Shown here one piece after another: positions 45,492-56,264 of a stretch of 56,466 nt of DNA; within the stretch, counting starts at the first letter, position 1, and the number at the start of each line of letters is the position of its first letter. The position numbers and the translations under genes are program-made. The notes below the pieces were generated by a model that worked only from the letters and a program-made list of their open reading frames with translations, did no database searches and had not been told where the DNA came from. The stretch spans positions 1-56,466 of the forward strand of contig JACQDK010000005.1 in NCBI GenBank assembly GCA_016201135.1, read 5' to 3'. The stretch comes from Actinomycetota bacterium (GTDB lineage: Bacteria > Actinomycetota > UBA4738 > HRBIN12).

Positions 45492-46640
45492 ATGAAGATC
45501 GGGATCCTGACCGGTGGGGGGGATGTCCCCGGCCTGAACGCGTGCATCAAGGCGGCGACGATGCGGGCCGCGGAGGAGGGTCACGAGGTCGTCGGCATCC
45601 GGCGCGGATGGGAGGGCCTGCTCGGGTGCAACCCGGACGACCCCGCGACGGTGGGGGCAAGGGTGATCGACCTGGACCCGGGTTCGGTCCGCACGATCGA
45701 CCGGACCGGCGGAACGATCCTTCACACCTCGCGGACGAACCCGGCGAGGGTGCGCCCGTCCGAGGAGCCGGAGTTCCTGAAGAACGGGCGGGAGGACGAA
45801 GAGACCCGCGACCACACCCCGCACGTGCTGAACGTGCTCGACCGGCTCGGCATCGACGCTCTGATCCCGATCGGGGGCGACGACACGCTGTCGTTCGCGC
45901 TCCGCCTGCACGACGAGGGCGTGCCCGTGGTCGCGATCCCGAAGACGATGGACAACGACGTGCACGGGACCGACTATTGCATCGGCTTCTCGACGGCGAT
46001 CACCCGCACCGTGATCTTCATCCACCAGCTGCGCACGAGCGCCGGCTCGCACGAGCGCCTGGCCGTGGTGGAGGTGTTCGGCCGCTACAGCGGCGAGACG
46101 TCCCTCGTGTCGGCGTACCTGTCCGGCGTGGACAGGGCGATCATCTCCGAGGTGCCGTTCGACCCGGATAAGCTCGCCGAACTGTTGATGCAGGACAAGC
46201 GAGGCAACCCGAGCAGCTACGCGATGATGACGATCTCCGAGGGTGCCACGATGGTCGGGCGCGAGATGGTGATGGGCGGGACTGCCGATGCCTACGGCCA
46301 TCTGAAGCTCGGCGGCATCGGGCAGCTGACAGGGGCGGCCCTCAAGGAGATCACGGGCGAGGGCGTGATCTACCAGCAGATCGGGTACCTCATGCGATCG
46401 GGCAGCCCCGACTCCCTCGATCTCATGGTTGCGATCAACTTCGCCGTCATGGCCGCCGACCTCGTGATCGAGGGCAACTTCGGGCGCTTGGTGGCCCTTC
46501 GCAACGGCAACTACGCGAACGTCCCGATCGGCGTCACCCGGCAAGGGGTGAAGCGCGTGGACGTGGGTGCCCTGTACGACGTCGAGCAGTACCGGCCGAA
46601 GATCCGCCACGTCGATGGCAAGCCGATGTTCCTCTATTGA
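45492..46640 (+). CDS. 6-phosphofructokinase family, PPi-type signature
   Basis: [15 protein letters not shown] (Asp104), PKTMDND, EVFGR, GYLMRSG. Confidence 0.88.
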   Translation: MKIGILTGGGDVPGLNACIKAATMRAAEEGHEVVGIRRGWEGLLGCNPDDPATVGARVIDLDPGSVRTIDRTGGTILHTSRTNPARVRPSEEPEFLKNGREDEETRDHTPHVLNVLDRLGIDALIPIGGDDTLSFALRLHDEGVPVVAIPKTMDNDVHGTDYCIGFSTAITRTVIFIHQLRTSAGSHERLAVVEVFGRYSGETSLVSAYLSGVDRAIISEVPFDPDKLAELLMQDKRGNPSSYAMMTISEGATMVGREMVMGGTADAYGHLKLGGIGQLTGAALKEITGEGVIYQQIGYLMRSGSPDSLDLMVAINFAVMAADLVIEGNFGRLVALRNGNYANVPIGVTRQGVKRVDVGALYDVEQYRPKIRHVDGKPMFLY

Positions 46641-46662
46641 GGGCGCCGATACACTGCCCGCC

Positions 46663-47718
46663 ATGTACCGCGTCGACCTGCGCTCGGACACCGTCACCAA
46701 GCCGTCCGAGGCGATGCGCCGGGCGATGGCCGCCGCCGAGGTGGGAGACGACTGGTTCGGGGACGACCCCACCGTCAATCGTCTCCAGGAGCGGGCGGCC
46801 GAGGTCACCGGCAAGGAGGCCGCCCTCTACGTGCCCACCGGCACGATGGCGAACCAGATCTGCCTGTCGATGCACCTCAGGGGCGTCGGGCACTTCGTGG
46901 CCGCGACGCCGGGGGCGCACGTGGCGAGCACCGAGGTGATGTCATCCGCCGCGCTCTCCGGCATCTCGTTCCGCACGGCAGACCCAGGGCCCTCGGGGTG
47001 GATGACGGCGGATCTGGCCCGCAGGCTGCTCGCGGACGACGACCCGTACGAGGTGGAGGTGGTGGACCTCCTCTGCGTCGAGAACACCGTCGGGCATGCG
47101 GGCGGCACGGTCATGCCCCTCGAGGAGCTGCGCGCGATCCGCCGGGTCGCCGACGCAGCCGGCGCCCCCGTGCACCTGGACGGCGCGAGGATCTTCAACG
47201 CGGCCGTCGCCGCGGGGGTGGAGGTCGCGGACTACGCCCGCGAGGTCGACACGCTGATGTTCTGCGTGTCCAAGGGGTTGGGCGCCCCGATCGGCTCGAT
47301 CGTCTGCGGCTCGCGGGAGCAGATCCGCGAGGCCCGGCGCCGCAGGATCCTCTTCGGCGGCGCATGGCGCCAGGCCGGGATCCTGGCGGCGGCCGGCCTG
47401 ATCGCCCTGGAGGAAGGGCCGAAGCGCCTGCACGAGGACCACGCCCGGGCCGGACGCCTCGCGGCCGGTGTCGCCGAGATCCTTCCCGGGTCGATCGACC
47501 CCGGGTCGGTTGAAACGAACATCGTGTACGTGGACACCGAAGCGGTGGGACGGTCGCCGCTGGAGGTCCTCCGGCGCCTGGCCGACCTCGGCGTGGGAGC
47601 TACTTACGTGGAAGGCAAGGTCCGCATGCTCACGCACGTCGACGTGGACGACGAAGGATTGGACCTCGCGCTCTCCGCGTTGCGATCCCTCGTGGCAGGG
47701 GCGACCGATGAGGGCTGA
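46663..47718 (+). CDS. ltaE: Low-specificity L-threonine aldolase (PLP)
   Basis: [50 protein letters not shown]. Confidence 0.9.
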   Translation: MYRVDLRSDTVTKPSEAMRRAMAAAEVGDDWFGDDPTVNRLQERAAEVTGKEAALYVPTGTMANQICLSMHLRGVGHFVAATPGAHVASTEVMSSAALSGISFRTADPGPSGWMTADLARRLLADDDPYEVEVVDLLCVENTVGHAGGTVMPLEELRAIRRVADAAGAPVHLDGARIFNAAVAAGVEVADYAREVDTLMFCVSKGLGAPIGSIVCGSREQIREARRRRILFGGAWRQAGILAAAGLIALEEGPKRLHEDHARAGRLAAGVAEILPGSIDPGSVETNIVYVDTEAVGRSPLEVLRRLADLGVGATYVEGKVRMLTHVDVDDEGLDLALSALRSLVAGATDEG

Positions 47719-48341
47719 TGGGCCTGTTCACGAAGGACTACCCGGCGGAGATCGCCGCTCGGGTCCCGCCGGGCCAGCATCTGGTCAAGACGTGGCCGGT
47801 GCTGCACTACGGCCCGATACCGAGGTTCGACGGGCAGACGTGGGACCTGGAGGTCTCCGGCGCGGTGGAGCGCCCCCTCGTGCTCTCGTACGAAGAGCTG
47901 CGCGCTCTGCCTACCGTGAAGGTGCACGCCGACATGCACTGCGTGACGGGCTGGACCACGCTGGACAACGACTGGGAGGGAGTGGCCTTCCCGACCCTCC
48001 TCGAGAGGGCGCTGCCGAAACCCGAGGCCAAGTGGGTGATCGCGCACTGCGCGTACGGCTACACCTCGAACCTGTCTCTGGCCGCGATGGAAGACGACGA
48101 CGTCCTGGTCGCCTGGCGGAACAACGGCGAGGACCTCGCCCCCGAGCACGGCTGGCCGCTGAGGCTCGTGGTACCCAAGCGATACGCATGGAAGAGCGCG
48201 AAGTGGCTCACCGGCCTCGAGCTCACGGACCACAACGAGCGGGGCTTCTGGGAGGTGCGCGGCTACCACGTTCACGCGGAGCCGTTCGCCGAGGAGCGCT
48301 ACGGTTATCAGGAAAGGCCGCGCGCCGAGCTCGAGCCGTAG
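47718..48341 (+). CDS. Sulfite oxidase-like molybdopterin oxidoreductase
   Basis: PPGQ, DMHCVTGW, EHGWPLRLVVPKRYAWKSAKW, GFWEVRGYH. Confidence 0.9.
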   Translation: MGLFTKDYPAEIAARVPPGQHLVKTWPVLHYGPIPRFDGQTWDLEVSGAVERPLVLSYEELRALPTVKVHADMHCVTGWTTLDNDWEGVAFPTLLERALPKPEAKWVIAHCAYGYTSNLSLAAMEDDDVLVAWRNNGEDLAPEHGWPLRLVVPKRYAWKSAKWLTGLELTDHNERGFWEVRGYHVHAEPFAEERYGYQERPRAELEP

Positions 48342-49162
48342 GCTCGAAGGAGAGCGATGTCGCGCGCCTGACGCTCGGCGTCTCCCGGCGTCTCCAGCAC
48401 GAACGCCAGGCCGGCCGCCTCGGGCCTGCCGAGCAGCGCGCGGAAGCCGGCGCGACCGATGTGGCCGTCGCCGATGTTCTCGTGGCGGTCGCGCCGGCTC
48501 CCGCGCTCGAACATCGCGTCGTTCGCGTGGACGACGGCGAGGCGGCCGAGGAGGCCGGTTCCTCGCAGATCGGTGAACATCTGCTCGATCCCTTGGGGGG
48601 TGTCCAGCTCGCAGCCGGCGGCGAACAGGTGGCAGGTGTCGAGGCAGAGGCCGAGCGTCGGGGAGTCGGCCGCCTCGAAGAGCCGGGCGGCCTCGGCGAC
48701 CGTCGAAGCGGAGGCCGCGGGGATGCCCTCCTCGAGCTCGACGAGCACGCGCGCCGGCCCGGCGGCGGAGACGAGCACGCGCAGGCCCTCCGCCGCGCGC
48801 GCCACCACCTCCTCGTGGGGATCGGTCCCTCCGGTTCCCGCGTGCACGACGAGGAAGTCCACGCCGAGGGCGGCGCAGGCCTCGAGCGTGGCCCTCGCGA
48901 GCACGATCGAGCGCTCGAGGACCTGCGGGTCGGCCGAGGCCACGTTGACGAGGTACGGGGCGTGCGCGACGAGCGGGCCCATCCCTGAGGCGCCCCACTC
49001 CTGGCGGAAACGGACGGCCTCGTCCGGCTCGATCCGGGGCGGCGCCCAGCCGCGCGGGTTGGAGACGAAGATCTGGGCGCAGTCGGCACCCCGGGCCCGG
49101 ACCTCGTCGACCAGGAGGGCGACGCCGCCGGCCCTTCGGCGGACGTGCGCACCGATCCTCAC
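48308..49162 (-). CDS. nfo: Endonuclease IV
   Basis: RIGAHV, QIFVSNPRGW, HAPYLVN, VVHAG, CLDTCH, HAND, DRHENIG, LETP (Zn ligands); GTGA overlap with the kinase stop. Confidence 0.92.
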   Translation of the reverse strand: MRIGAHVRRRAGGVALLVDEVRARGADCAQIFVSNPRGWAPPRIEPDEAVRFRQEWGASGMGPLVAHAPYLVNVASADPQVLERSIVLARATLEACAALGVDFLVVHAGTGGTDPHEEVVARAAEGLRVLVSAAGPARVLVELEEGIPAASASTVAEAARLFEAADSPTLGLCLDTCHLFAAGCELDTPQGIEQMFTDLRGTGLLGRLAVVHANDAMFERGSRRDRHENIGDGHIGRAGFRALLGRPEAAGLAFVLETPGDAERQARDIALLRAYGSSSARGLS

Positions 49163-51039
49163 GCGTAGTAGAGAGTGATCGTCGCGCCGTAGCGCACGGT
49201 GGCGCCCGGATCCGGCACCTGGCTCACCACCGTCGTCCCGCTCGCGCCCGGCACTGGCAGGGCGGCGACGCGCAGGCCGAGGCTCGCGGCCAGCGCCCTG
49301 GCGTCGGCCAGGGTCATACCGCGGAAGTCCGGGCACGGGAAGCTCTGCGGGCCCTTCGACACGGTGAGCGTGACCTGTGACCCGTACGCCGCGTCGATCT
49401 TCGGCTTCGGGTCGACCGCGATGACTTGATCGACCGGGGCGGTGTCGGAGAACTTCAGCTCGACCTTCACGGTGAACCCGAGGGACTTCAGGGCCGCGGT
49501 GGCCTTGCCGACGTCCTGGCCCACCACGTCGGGAACCGCCACCGGCGGGCGGCCCCTGCTCACCACGAGGGAGATCGCGCTCTGCTCGGGTGCGTTCTGC
49601 CCCGGACCGGGGATCGTGCTGATGACCCGTCCCTTGCGGATCGTGTCGCTGTAGCGGCGCTTCGGGTCGCCGACCTTGAACCCGGCGTCCTCGAGGGCCT
49701 TGGTCGCCTCCGCGACGGTGGCGCCCCCCAGGTCGGGCACCGGGATCGGACGTGGGCCGAGCGACGGCACGAGGGTCACGATCGCGCCGCGCTCGAGCTT
49801 GGCCCCGCTCTGAGGATCCTGCTTCACGACGTGGCCCCGATCGACCGTGAGGGAGTAGACGCCGCTCGCCAGCCGTACCTTCAGACCGGAGTCGGAGAGC
49901 TGGGCCGTCGCCGCGTGCACCGAGAGCCCCGTGACGTTCGGCACCTGGACGCGGTGGGGGAGGAGGTACGCCCACGCCCCCCACGCCGCCGCGGCGACCG
50001 CGGCGATCGCGAGCAGCGCGCCGAAGAACCGGCGGACGCCGCGGCGGCGGTGCCGCTGAACCCGGGGGATCGTGACGGTGGTGGTCTGGGCGGAGGCCTC
50101 CGCAGCTTCGGCCCGCACGTCGACGATGTCCGGAGCGCTAGCGACCAGGTCGGTGAGGGATGGCGCGGCCGGCAGGTCCCGGGCGATCGACTCGAGGTCC
50201 CGGCGCATCTCGGTCGCCGACTCTGGACGGAGTTCGCGGTCGCGTTCTGTGGCCGAGGCCACGAACCCGTCCAGCTCCTCCGGCACCTGCGGGACGATGC
50301 CCGACGGCCTCGGCACCCGGTCCGACAGGTGCTTGTACGCGATCGCCATCGCCGTCTCGCCGGTGAACGGCAGGCGCCCGGTGAGGAGCTCGAAGGCAAC
50401 CACGCCCAGCGAGTAGAGGTCGGTGCGGGGGTCGGCGGGCTCTCCCCGGATCTGTTCGGGCGCGAGGTACTGCACCGTGCCGGTCACCGCTCCGGTCTGG
50501 GTGGCGTGCCCGTCGGCATACGCGCGCGCGAGGCCCAGATCCGTGAGCTTCATGACCCCGCCCGCGTTCACGAGCATGTTCTCGGGCTTCAGGTCCCGGT
50601 GGACGATCCCGACGTCGTGGGCGTGCTCGAGAGCGAGCAGCGCCTGGCGGATGACCTCGGCGGCCTGCGCGGGCTCCAGGCGCACCATCGCGTTCAGGAG
50701 GTCGCGGACGCTCCGACCGCGCACGTACTCCATGACCATGTAGTAGATGCCGTCGACCGAGCCCCAGTCGTACACCGCGACGATGTTCGGATGGTTCAGC
50801 GTTGCGGCGGCGCGCGCCTCCCGCCGAAAGCGGTCCACGAACCCCTGGTCGCCGGCGAGCGAGCGGTGAAGGACCTTTATCGCCACCTCGCGCGCGAGGA
50901 CGCTGTCCTGCGCCCGGAAGACCTCGCCCATGCCGCCGGCGGCGATCCGCTCCACGACGTGATAGCGCCCGTCGAGGGTGACGAGCGCGCGGCCGGCGGT
51001 CTCACCGGCGGCCGAGGCGTGTGCGATGCTCTTGGACGT
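49159..51039 (-). CDS. Ser/Thr protein kinase with TM helix and PASTA domains (PknB/PknL-like)
   Basis: GGMGEV, VAIK, RFRREA, HRDLKPEN, DLGLA, GTVQYLAPE, TM helix, about four PASTA repeats. The first canonical start is GTG at 50955, but the frame extends through LDGRY to an ACG at 51039 behind GGAGG. Confidence 0.9.
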   Translation of the reverse strand, partial: TSKSIAHASAAGETAGRALVTLDGRYHVVERIAAGGMGEVFRAQDSVLAREVAIKVLHRSLAGDQGFVDRFRREARAAATLNHPNIVAVYDWGSVDGIYYMVMEYVRGRSVRDLLNAMVRLEPAQAAEVIRQALLALEHAHDVGIVHRDLKPENMLVNAGGVMKLTDLGLARAYADGHATQTGAVTGTVQYLAPEQIRGEPADPRTDLYSLGVVAFELLTGRLPFTGETAMAIAYKHLSDRVPRPSGIVPQVPEELDGFVASATERDRELRPESATEMRRDLESIARDLPAAPSLTDLVASAPDIVDVRAEAAEASAQTTTVTIPRVQRHRRRGVRRFFGALLAIAAVAAAAWGAWAYLLPHRVQVPNVTGLSVHAATAQLSDSGLKVRLASGVYSLTVDRGHVVKQDPQSGAKLERGAIVTLVPSLGPRPIPVPDLGGATVAEATKALEDAGFKVGDPKRRYSDTIRKGRVISTIPGPGQNAPEQSAISLVVSRGRPPVAVPDVVGQDVGKATAALKSLGFTVKVELKFSDTAPVDQVIAVDPKPKIDAAYGSQVTLTVSKGPQSFPCPDFRGMTLADARALAASLGLRVAALPVPGASGTTVVSQVPDPGATVRYGATITLYYA

Positions 51040-51117
51040 GTTCGGACCTCCTCGGGGGAAGCGCTCGGAGCCGGAGCGCGTCCGGGGGCGATTCTAGGGC
51101 CGGGAAGGGGCGGAACC

Positions 51118-51819
51118 GTGGAAGCTCGCCCAACGGAGCAGGAGCTGCGAGAGGCGTTCGCCCGCATCGAGGCGGCCGTCGACGCGGGGGACCGGGACCT
51201 TCGGCGGCTCGGGTTCTGGCGCCTGGTGGGGGTCGTCAAGCGCGACCCCGAGCTCCGGGAGCGGTGGGCCGAGCAGGTCGGGCGGATCGACGCCGCCGCG
51301 TTCAGAGCAGGGGTGAAGTTCCGCGCTCCCGTGTGGGCGGGCAACCTGGTCCTCTCGGCCGGCGTGGCAGCCGGCGCGCTGGCGGTCGTGGCGGCCAGGG
51401 TCACCGGCCGCCCGGCGGTCGCCGGCGTGGCCCTGGTGGCGGCCGGAGTGATCTGGTCCGTGGCGACCCACAGCCTCACCCACTGGGCGGTCGGTCGCGC
51501 CGTCGGGATCCGCTTCACGGACTACTTCATCGGAGGGCCCCTCCCCCCGAGGCCGGGCCTCAAGACCGACTACGCCTCGTACCTGCGGACCGACGCCGGA
51601 AGGCGGGCCGTGATGCACGCGTCGGGGGCGATCGCGACGAAGCTCTCGCCCTTCGTCGCGCTCGGGTTCTGGCCTTCCACCCGGGCGCCGTGGTGGTCGG
51701 CCGCGCTCCTGCTGGCGGTCGGCGTGCTGCAGATCGTGACCGACGTGGTCTTCAGCGTGCGATCGAGCGACTGGAAGAAGGTCAAGCGCGAAAGGGCCCT
51801 GGCCAGGGCGCGGGGCTGA
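51118..51819 (+). CDS. Hypothetical membrane protein
   Basis: 3' part of ORF 49426..51819 from GTG at 51118; several TM segments and an HSLTHW motif. Confidence 0.75.
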   Translation: MEARPTEQELREAFARIEAAVDAGDRDLRRLGFWRLVGVVKRDPELRERWAEQVGRIDAAAFRAGVKFRAPVWAGNLVLSAGVAAGALAVVAARVTGRPAVAGVALVAAGVIWSVATHSLTHWAVGRAVGIRFTDYFIGGPLPPRPGLKTDYASYLRTDAGRRAVMHASGAIATKLSPFVALGFWPSTRAPWWSAALLLAVGVLQIVTDVVFSVRSSDWKKVKRERALARARG

Positions 51820-51847
51820 GGGATCGGGAGGGGTTCGAAACGTGCGG

Positions 51848-52411
51848 ATGCAGGGGTTCGAGGCATGGGTGCTTCGTAGCGGCGCCTGGGACGCGTTCTC
51901 CCGAGGAGTGGTCGTCCCGTGGGTGGCTGACTTCGCCCGGTTCCGGGAGGACGCCGAGGTGCTCGAGATCGGGTGCGGGCAGGGCTCGGTCGCCCTGGCC
52001 CTGGCCGAGAGGTTCCCCGGCTGGAGTCTGACCGCGACCGACGTCGACCCCGACATGGTGGTGCCCGCGATCGGGCGGCTCGCCCGATTCGGGGATCGCG
52101 TGAAGGTGGAGGTGGCCGACGCCGAGGAGCTCCCATATCCCGTGGGCCGGTTCGACGTCGTCGTGGCCGTCCTCGTCTGGCACCACGTGGACGTGTGGCG
52201 CGCGGCCACCCGGGAGGCGTTCCGGGTGCTCCGCCCCGGCGGGTCGCTCGTGCTCGCCGACGTGCGCCACCCGCGGTCGAGTGAACCCAAGCGCGGGCTG
52301 CTCGCGGGGACCTACGGCCTCGAGGCTCTCCACCACGCGCTCGCGGACGCGGGCTTCCGGGAGTGGCGCGTGAGCGAGGGGCGGGTCTCGTTCCGCCTGG
52401 AGGCGCGGTGA
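51848..52411 (+). CDS. Class I SAM-dependent methyltransferase
   Basis: VLEIGCGQG, TDVD, ADAEELPY...FDVV, WHHV, RVLRPGG. Confidence 0.88.
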   Translation: MQGFEAWVLRSGAWDAFSRGVVVPWVADFARFREDAEVLEIGCGQGSVALALAERFPGWSLTATDVDPDMVVPAIGRLARFGDRVKVEVADAEELPYPVGRFDVVVAVLVWHHVDVWRAATREAFRVLRPGGSLVLADVRHPRSSEPKRGLLAGTYGLEALHHALADAGFREWRVSEGRVSFRLEAR

Positions 52412-52454
52412 ACCGCGCTTCCGGGTCGCGCGCGGCTCCCTATACTGGACCCGA

Positions 52455-52548
52455 GGAACCGGGGAGCTCGGGCACACCGGGCTGAGAGGCCGGCAGATCG
52501 CGCCGGCGACCCGAACGACCTGAACCGGGTAATGCCGGCGGAGGGAGC
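52455..52548 (+). ncRNA. TPP riboswitch
   Basis: GGGGAGCT...GCTGAGAG...GACCC...ACCTGAACCGGGTAATGCCGGCGGAGGGA; preceded by TATACT (52441-52446). Its 3' end overlaps the thiG RBS, suggesting translational control. Confidence 0.93.
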
Positions 52549-52550
52549 CG

Positions 52551-53342
52551 ATGCCGCATCACGATCCCCTGACGATCGCGGGGCGCGAGTTCGGATCGCG
52601 CCTCGTCGTAGGGACCGGCAAGTTCGGCTCGTTCGAGGCGATGCGCGACGCGCTCGCGGCGAGCGGCACGGAGCTCGTGACGGTGGCGCTGCGGCGGGTC
52701 GATCTCGAGGCGACGGGGGGCCCGGACATCCTGGAGTTCATCGATCCCGAGAGGTACCTGCTGCTGCCGAACACCTCCGGGGCGACGGACGCCGACGAGG
52801 CCGTGCGGATCGCGAAGCTCGCGCGCGCGGCCGGTCTGCCCACGTGGGTGAAGCTCGAGGTGACGCCGGAGCCTCGATACCTGCTGCCCGATCCCGTGGA
52901 GACGCTGGAGGCGGCCGAGCGTCTGGTGTCGGAGGGGTTCACCGTGCTGCCCTACATCAACGCGGACCCCGTCCTGGCGAAGCGGCTCGAGGAGGCCGGC
53001 TGCGCCACCGTCATGCCGCTCGGTTCCTGGATCGGGTCGAACCGCGGCGTGCGCACGCGGGAGGCGGTCCAGATCATCGTGGAGCAGGCGACGGTGCCCG
53101 TGATCGTTGACGCCGGACTCGGCGCGCCATCGCACGCAGCCGAGGCGATGGAGATGGGGGTCGATGCCGTCCTGGTGAACACCGCGATCGCGGTGGCCGG
53201 CGACCCCATCGAGATGGCCCGCGCGTTCCGCCTGGGCGTCGAAGCCGGGCGCGCCGCGCGCCTCGCGAAGCTGCCGGCGGAGCTCCCGCGGGCCGAGGCC
53301 TCCAGCCCCCTCACCGGGTTCCTGGGAAAGGGACGGCCGTGA
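52551..53342 (+). CDS. thiG: Thiazole synthase
   Basis: [52 protein letters not shown]. Confidence 0.96.
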   Translation: MPHHDPLTIAGREFGSRLVVGTGKFGSFEAMRDALAASGTELVTVALRRVDLEATGGPDILEFIDPERYLLLPNTSGATDADEAVRIAKLARAAGLPTWVKLEVTPEPRYLLPDPVETLEAAERLVSEGFTVLPYINADPVLAKRLEEAGCATVMPLGSWIGSNRGVRTREAVQIIVEQATVPVIVDAGLGAPSHAAEAMEMGVDAVLVNTAIAVAGDPIEMARAFRLGVEAGRAARLAKLPAELPRAEASSPLTGFLGKGRP

Positions 53343-54535
53343 ACGACGACGGGTTCCTCGAGCCGGCCCCTCGGGTCACCTTCGCCGACGAGCTCGAGCG
53401 GCTGCCGCTCGACCGGCTGCTGGAGATCGCCCACGGCGCCTCGCCCGAGCAGGTCGCGTCGGCGCTCTCGACCCAGCCGATCGAGCGGACGCCGGGGGAC
53501 TTCGCGGCGCTTCTCTCGCCGGCCGCCGGGGAGCGCCTCGAGGAGCTCGCGCGCGCGGCGCACGATCTCACCGTCGCACGGTTCGGAAGGACGATCCGGA
53601 TGTACGCCCCGCTCTACCTCTCGAACGAGTGCCTTTCGACCTGCACCTACTGCGGGTTCGCGCGGGAGCTCCCGATCGCGCGCAAGACCCTGTCGGTCGA
53701 GGAGACGCTCGAGGAGGCGCGGCACCTGCTACGCGGGGGATTCCGCTCGGTCCTGCTGCTCACCGGGGAGCACGAGCGGCTGACCGGGGTCGACCTGCTT
53801 CAGGAGCGGATCCGAGCGCTCGCCGCGGAGGTGCCCCAGCTCGCCGTCGAGGTCCAGGTCTGGAGTGAGGAGGAGTACCGCAGGCTGGTCGAGGCCGGCT
53901 GCGAGGGCCTCGTGATCTACCAGGAGACCTACCATCCGGAGACGTACGCGCGCGTCCACCTGGCGGGCCGCAAGCGCCGGTACCGGTGGCGGCTGCTCGG
54001 CCCCGAGCGGGGGGCGCGCGCGGGGATGCGCCGCGTCGGCATCGGGGCGCTGTTCGGTCTGCACGAGGACTGGCGCTACGAGGCGATCGCGGTCTGCGCG
54101 CACGCGCGGTTCCTCCAGAGGCACCACTGGCGCGCGCAGGTGAACGTGTCGGTGCCGCGCATGCGGCCGAGCGCTTCGGGTTACCAGCCGCGCGTGCTCC
54201 TGGACGATGCCGAGCTCACCCAGCTCGTGTGCGCCCTGCGCCTCGCGCTTCCGGACGCGGGCATCGTCTTGTCGACGCGCGAGTCGCCGGCGCTCCGCGA
54301 CGGCCTGGCCAGGGTCGGGGTGACGCACATGAGCGCCGGCTCGCACACGGAACCCGGTGGCTACGAGCATCCGGAGGAGGCCTCGGAGCAGTTCGAGGTC
54401 GCGGACCTGCGCTCGCCGCGTGAGGTCGCGGATCGGCTGCGGGGCATGGGGTACGACCCGGTCTGGGAGGACTGGGCGCGGGTAACGCCGAGCGTCGAGG
54501 CGCGCCTCGCTTCCGGCCGCTCGCGGCGAGGGTGA
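53339..54535 (+). CDS. thiH: 2-iminoacetate synthase (radical SAM tyrosine lyase)
   Basis: [56 protein letters not shown]. Confidence 0.92.
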   Translation: MNDDGFLEPAPRVTFADELERLPLDRLLEIAHGASPEQVASALSTQPIERTPGDFAALLSPAAGERLEELARAAHDLTVARFGRTIRMYAPLYLSNECLSTCTYCGFARELPIARKTLSVEETLEEARHLLRGGFRSVLLLTGEHERLTGVDLLQERIRALAAEVPQLAVEVQVWSEEEYRRLVEAGCEGLVIYQETYHPETYARVHLAGRKRRYRWRLLGPERGARAGMRRVGIGALFGLHEDWRYEAIAVCAHARFLQRHHWRAQVNVSVPRMRPSASGYQPRVLLDDAELTQLVCALRLALPDAGIVLSTRESPALRDGLARVGVTHMSAGSHTEPGGYEHPEEASEQFEVADLRSPREVADRLRGMGYDPVWEDWARVTPSVEARLASGRSRRG

Positions 54536-54741
54536 TCGCCGTGCAGGTGACGGTGAACGGGCGTCCGCGCGAGGTCCCCGACGGCTGCTCGGTGCAGGAG
54601 CTGATCCGCGCGGCCGAGCTCGACCCCCGGTTCGTGATAGTCGAGCGCAACGGGGAACCCGTGGAGCGCAAGAGATACGAGGAGGTCCACGTGGCGGCCG
54701 GCGACCGGCTGGAGCTGGTGCGGGCGGTGGCCGGTGGGTGA
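54532..54741 (+). CDS. thiS: Sulfur carrier protein ThiS
   Basis: VNG, ERNGE, GDRLELVRAVAGG with C-terminal GG. Confidence 0.93.
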   Translation: MIAVQVTVNGRPREVPDGCSVQELIRAAELDPRFVIVERNGEPVERKRYEEVHVAAGDRLELVRAVAGG

Positions 54742-55375
54742 GGACATCCGCGCGCACCTCGCGCGCGCCCGGCTGTACGTCGTGACGGACGCGCGCCGAC
54801 GGCAGGGGGACCTGGCGTCCTTCCTCGATGCGATCCTCGGCGCCGGCGTGGACGTCGTGCAGCTGCGGGAGAAGGGGTCCGAGGCCGGCGACCTGCTGCG
54901 GTGGGGCGAGGTGTTCCGCGAGGCAGCGGCCCGGCACGGGACCCTCTTCACCGTGAACGACCGCCCCGACGTCGCACTCGCTCTTGGCGCGGACGGCGTG
55001 CACGTCGGGCAGAACGACCTGCCGGCGTCGTGGGCCCGCCGAGTGTTGGGGCCCGATGCGATCGTGGGCGTGTCGTGCCACTCGCCGGAAGATCACGCGC
55101 AGGCGCCCGAGGAGGCCGACTACCTGACGGCCGGGCCGGTGTGGGCGACGCCCACGAAGCCCGGCCGGCCTGGAACGGGGCTCGAGTTCGTGCGGAGCGC
55201 CGCCGCGACTATCGCGAGGCCCTGGTTCGCGATCGGCGGCATCGACGCCGCCAACGTGCACGAGGTCGTCGAGGCGGGAGCGCGCCGGATCGTGGTCGTG
55301 CGGGCGGTCTGCGACGCGGACGACCCCGCCGGCGCGGCGCGGGCTCTCGTGGCCGCGCTTCCCTCGCTCCCCTAG
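54734..55375 (+). CDS. thiE: Thiamine-phosphate synthase
   Basis: LYVVTD, QLREK, VNDR, GVHVGQND, GVSCH, GPVWATPTK, AIGGI. Confidence 0.94.
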   Translation: MGEDIRAHLARARLYVVTDARRRQGDLASFLDAILGAGVDVVQLREKGSEAGDLLRWGEVFREAAARHGTLFTVNDRPDVALALGADGVHVGQNDLPASWARRVLGPDAIVGVSCHSPEDHAQAPEEADYLTAGPVWATPTKPGRPGTGLEFVRSAAATIARPWFAIGGIDAANVHEVVEAGARRIVVVRAVCDADDPAGAARALVAALPSLP

Positions 55376-55874
55376 TGTCGCGTGGGTGAAGTCTTCTTAC
55401 GCATCGTTCTCGTGATCAATTCGTCTGCCTGCTTGGTCTGCGAAGCTGCCCCTGCGGATGGCTTGGCGGGGTGATGATCCCGAAGAAGATCTAGCAGCCG
55501 GGGCGCGGAGGATCTGGTCAGGATGTGCGGCGTTTCGGCATCCCTCAGCGTGTCAGCAGCAGCCACTGACCGCGACCGCAGGAACTTGTCGCGCCGGGGC
55601 CCGGTAGGTCTGCCGCTCCAAGGTGGCCAGGGTGGGCTGCTTGGGCACCGCAACGCGGACGGCTACAGCCAACTCGGCACGGTGGCGTCCTTCCGTGTGG
55701 CAACTCGAGCGGACGCTACGTGCCCCGCCCCTTCAGGGGGGAGGGGGGGATTCGTTCGAGACTGGCTCGCGGGCGACGCTAACCCAGGGCCTCCCCGAGA
55801 ACGACAGGAACCGAGGGGAGTGCTATAAGTGATTGAAGGGCATTTGAGGGTAGTCGAGGATGAGGGGATGATCC

Positions 55875-56264
55875 ATGCGGCGGCTTGCATACGCGCTGAT
55901 TGCCGTCTGTGCTTTCGGGCTAGGCCTACTGGCAAGCTCACCGGCCCACACGGCGGGAACGGGTCCCTGCGGGGCGGGTAGCGGCACTTGGCAGGGTTCC
56001 ACGTCCGTTGATCTTGTTCCCGGTGCCGGCGGCGATTCGGTTGCCGCGGCTATCTCTGAAGCAGAGCAGAACGTCCCAAACATGCCCGTGCTCACGAACG
56101 ACCAGTCTCAGAGCCTCGTGAATCAGGTGGAGTCGGCCGATGCTCCTGTTGGCGGCACGGTGACAGCGTCGCTCCCTAGCGGAACCGTGGTCTCGTTCGA
56201 AAACACCGGCCATGGATACCTCGTATCGGGAGTAACCAATTGCGAGTCCGAGCAGAGCTCGTGA
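55875..56264 (+). CDS. Hypothetical secreted protein in a lower-GC segment
   Basis: MRRLAYALIAVCAFGLGLLASSPAHTA signal peptide, two further Cys, GAGGGG RBS; atypical codon usage. Confidence 0.6.
   Translation: MRRLAYALIAVCAFGLGLLASSPAHTAGTGPCGAGSGTWQGSTSVDLVPGAGGDSVAAAISEAEQNVPNMPVLTNDQSQSLVNQVESADAPVGGTVTASLPSGTVVSFENTGHGYLVSGVTNCESEQSS

Noticed and set aside
55372-55832. Short ORFs or a tRNA in the lower-GC tail
   Set aside because: No RBS, codon bias or motif support, and no cloverleaf could be identified.
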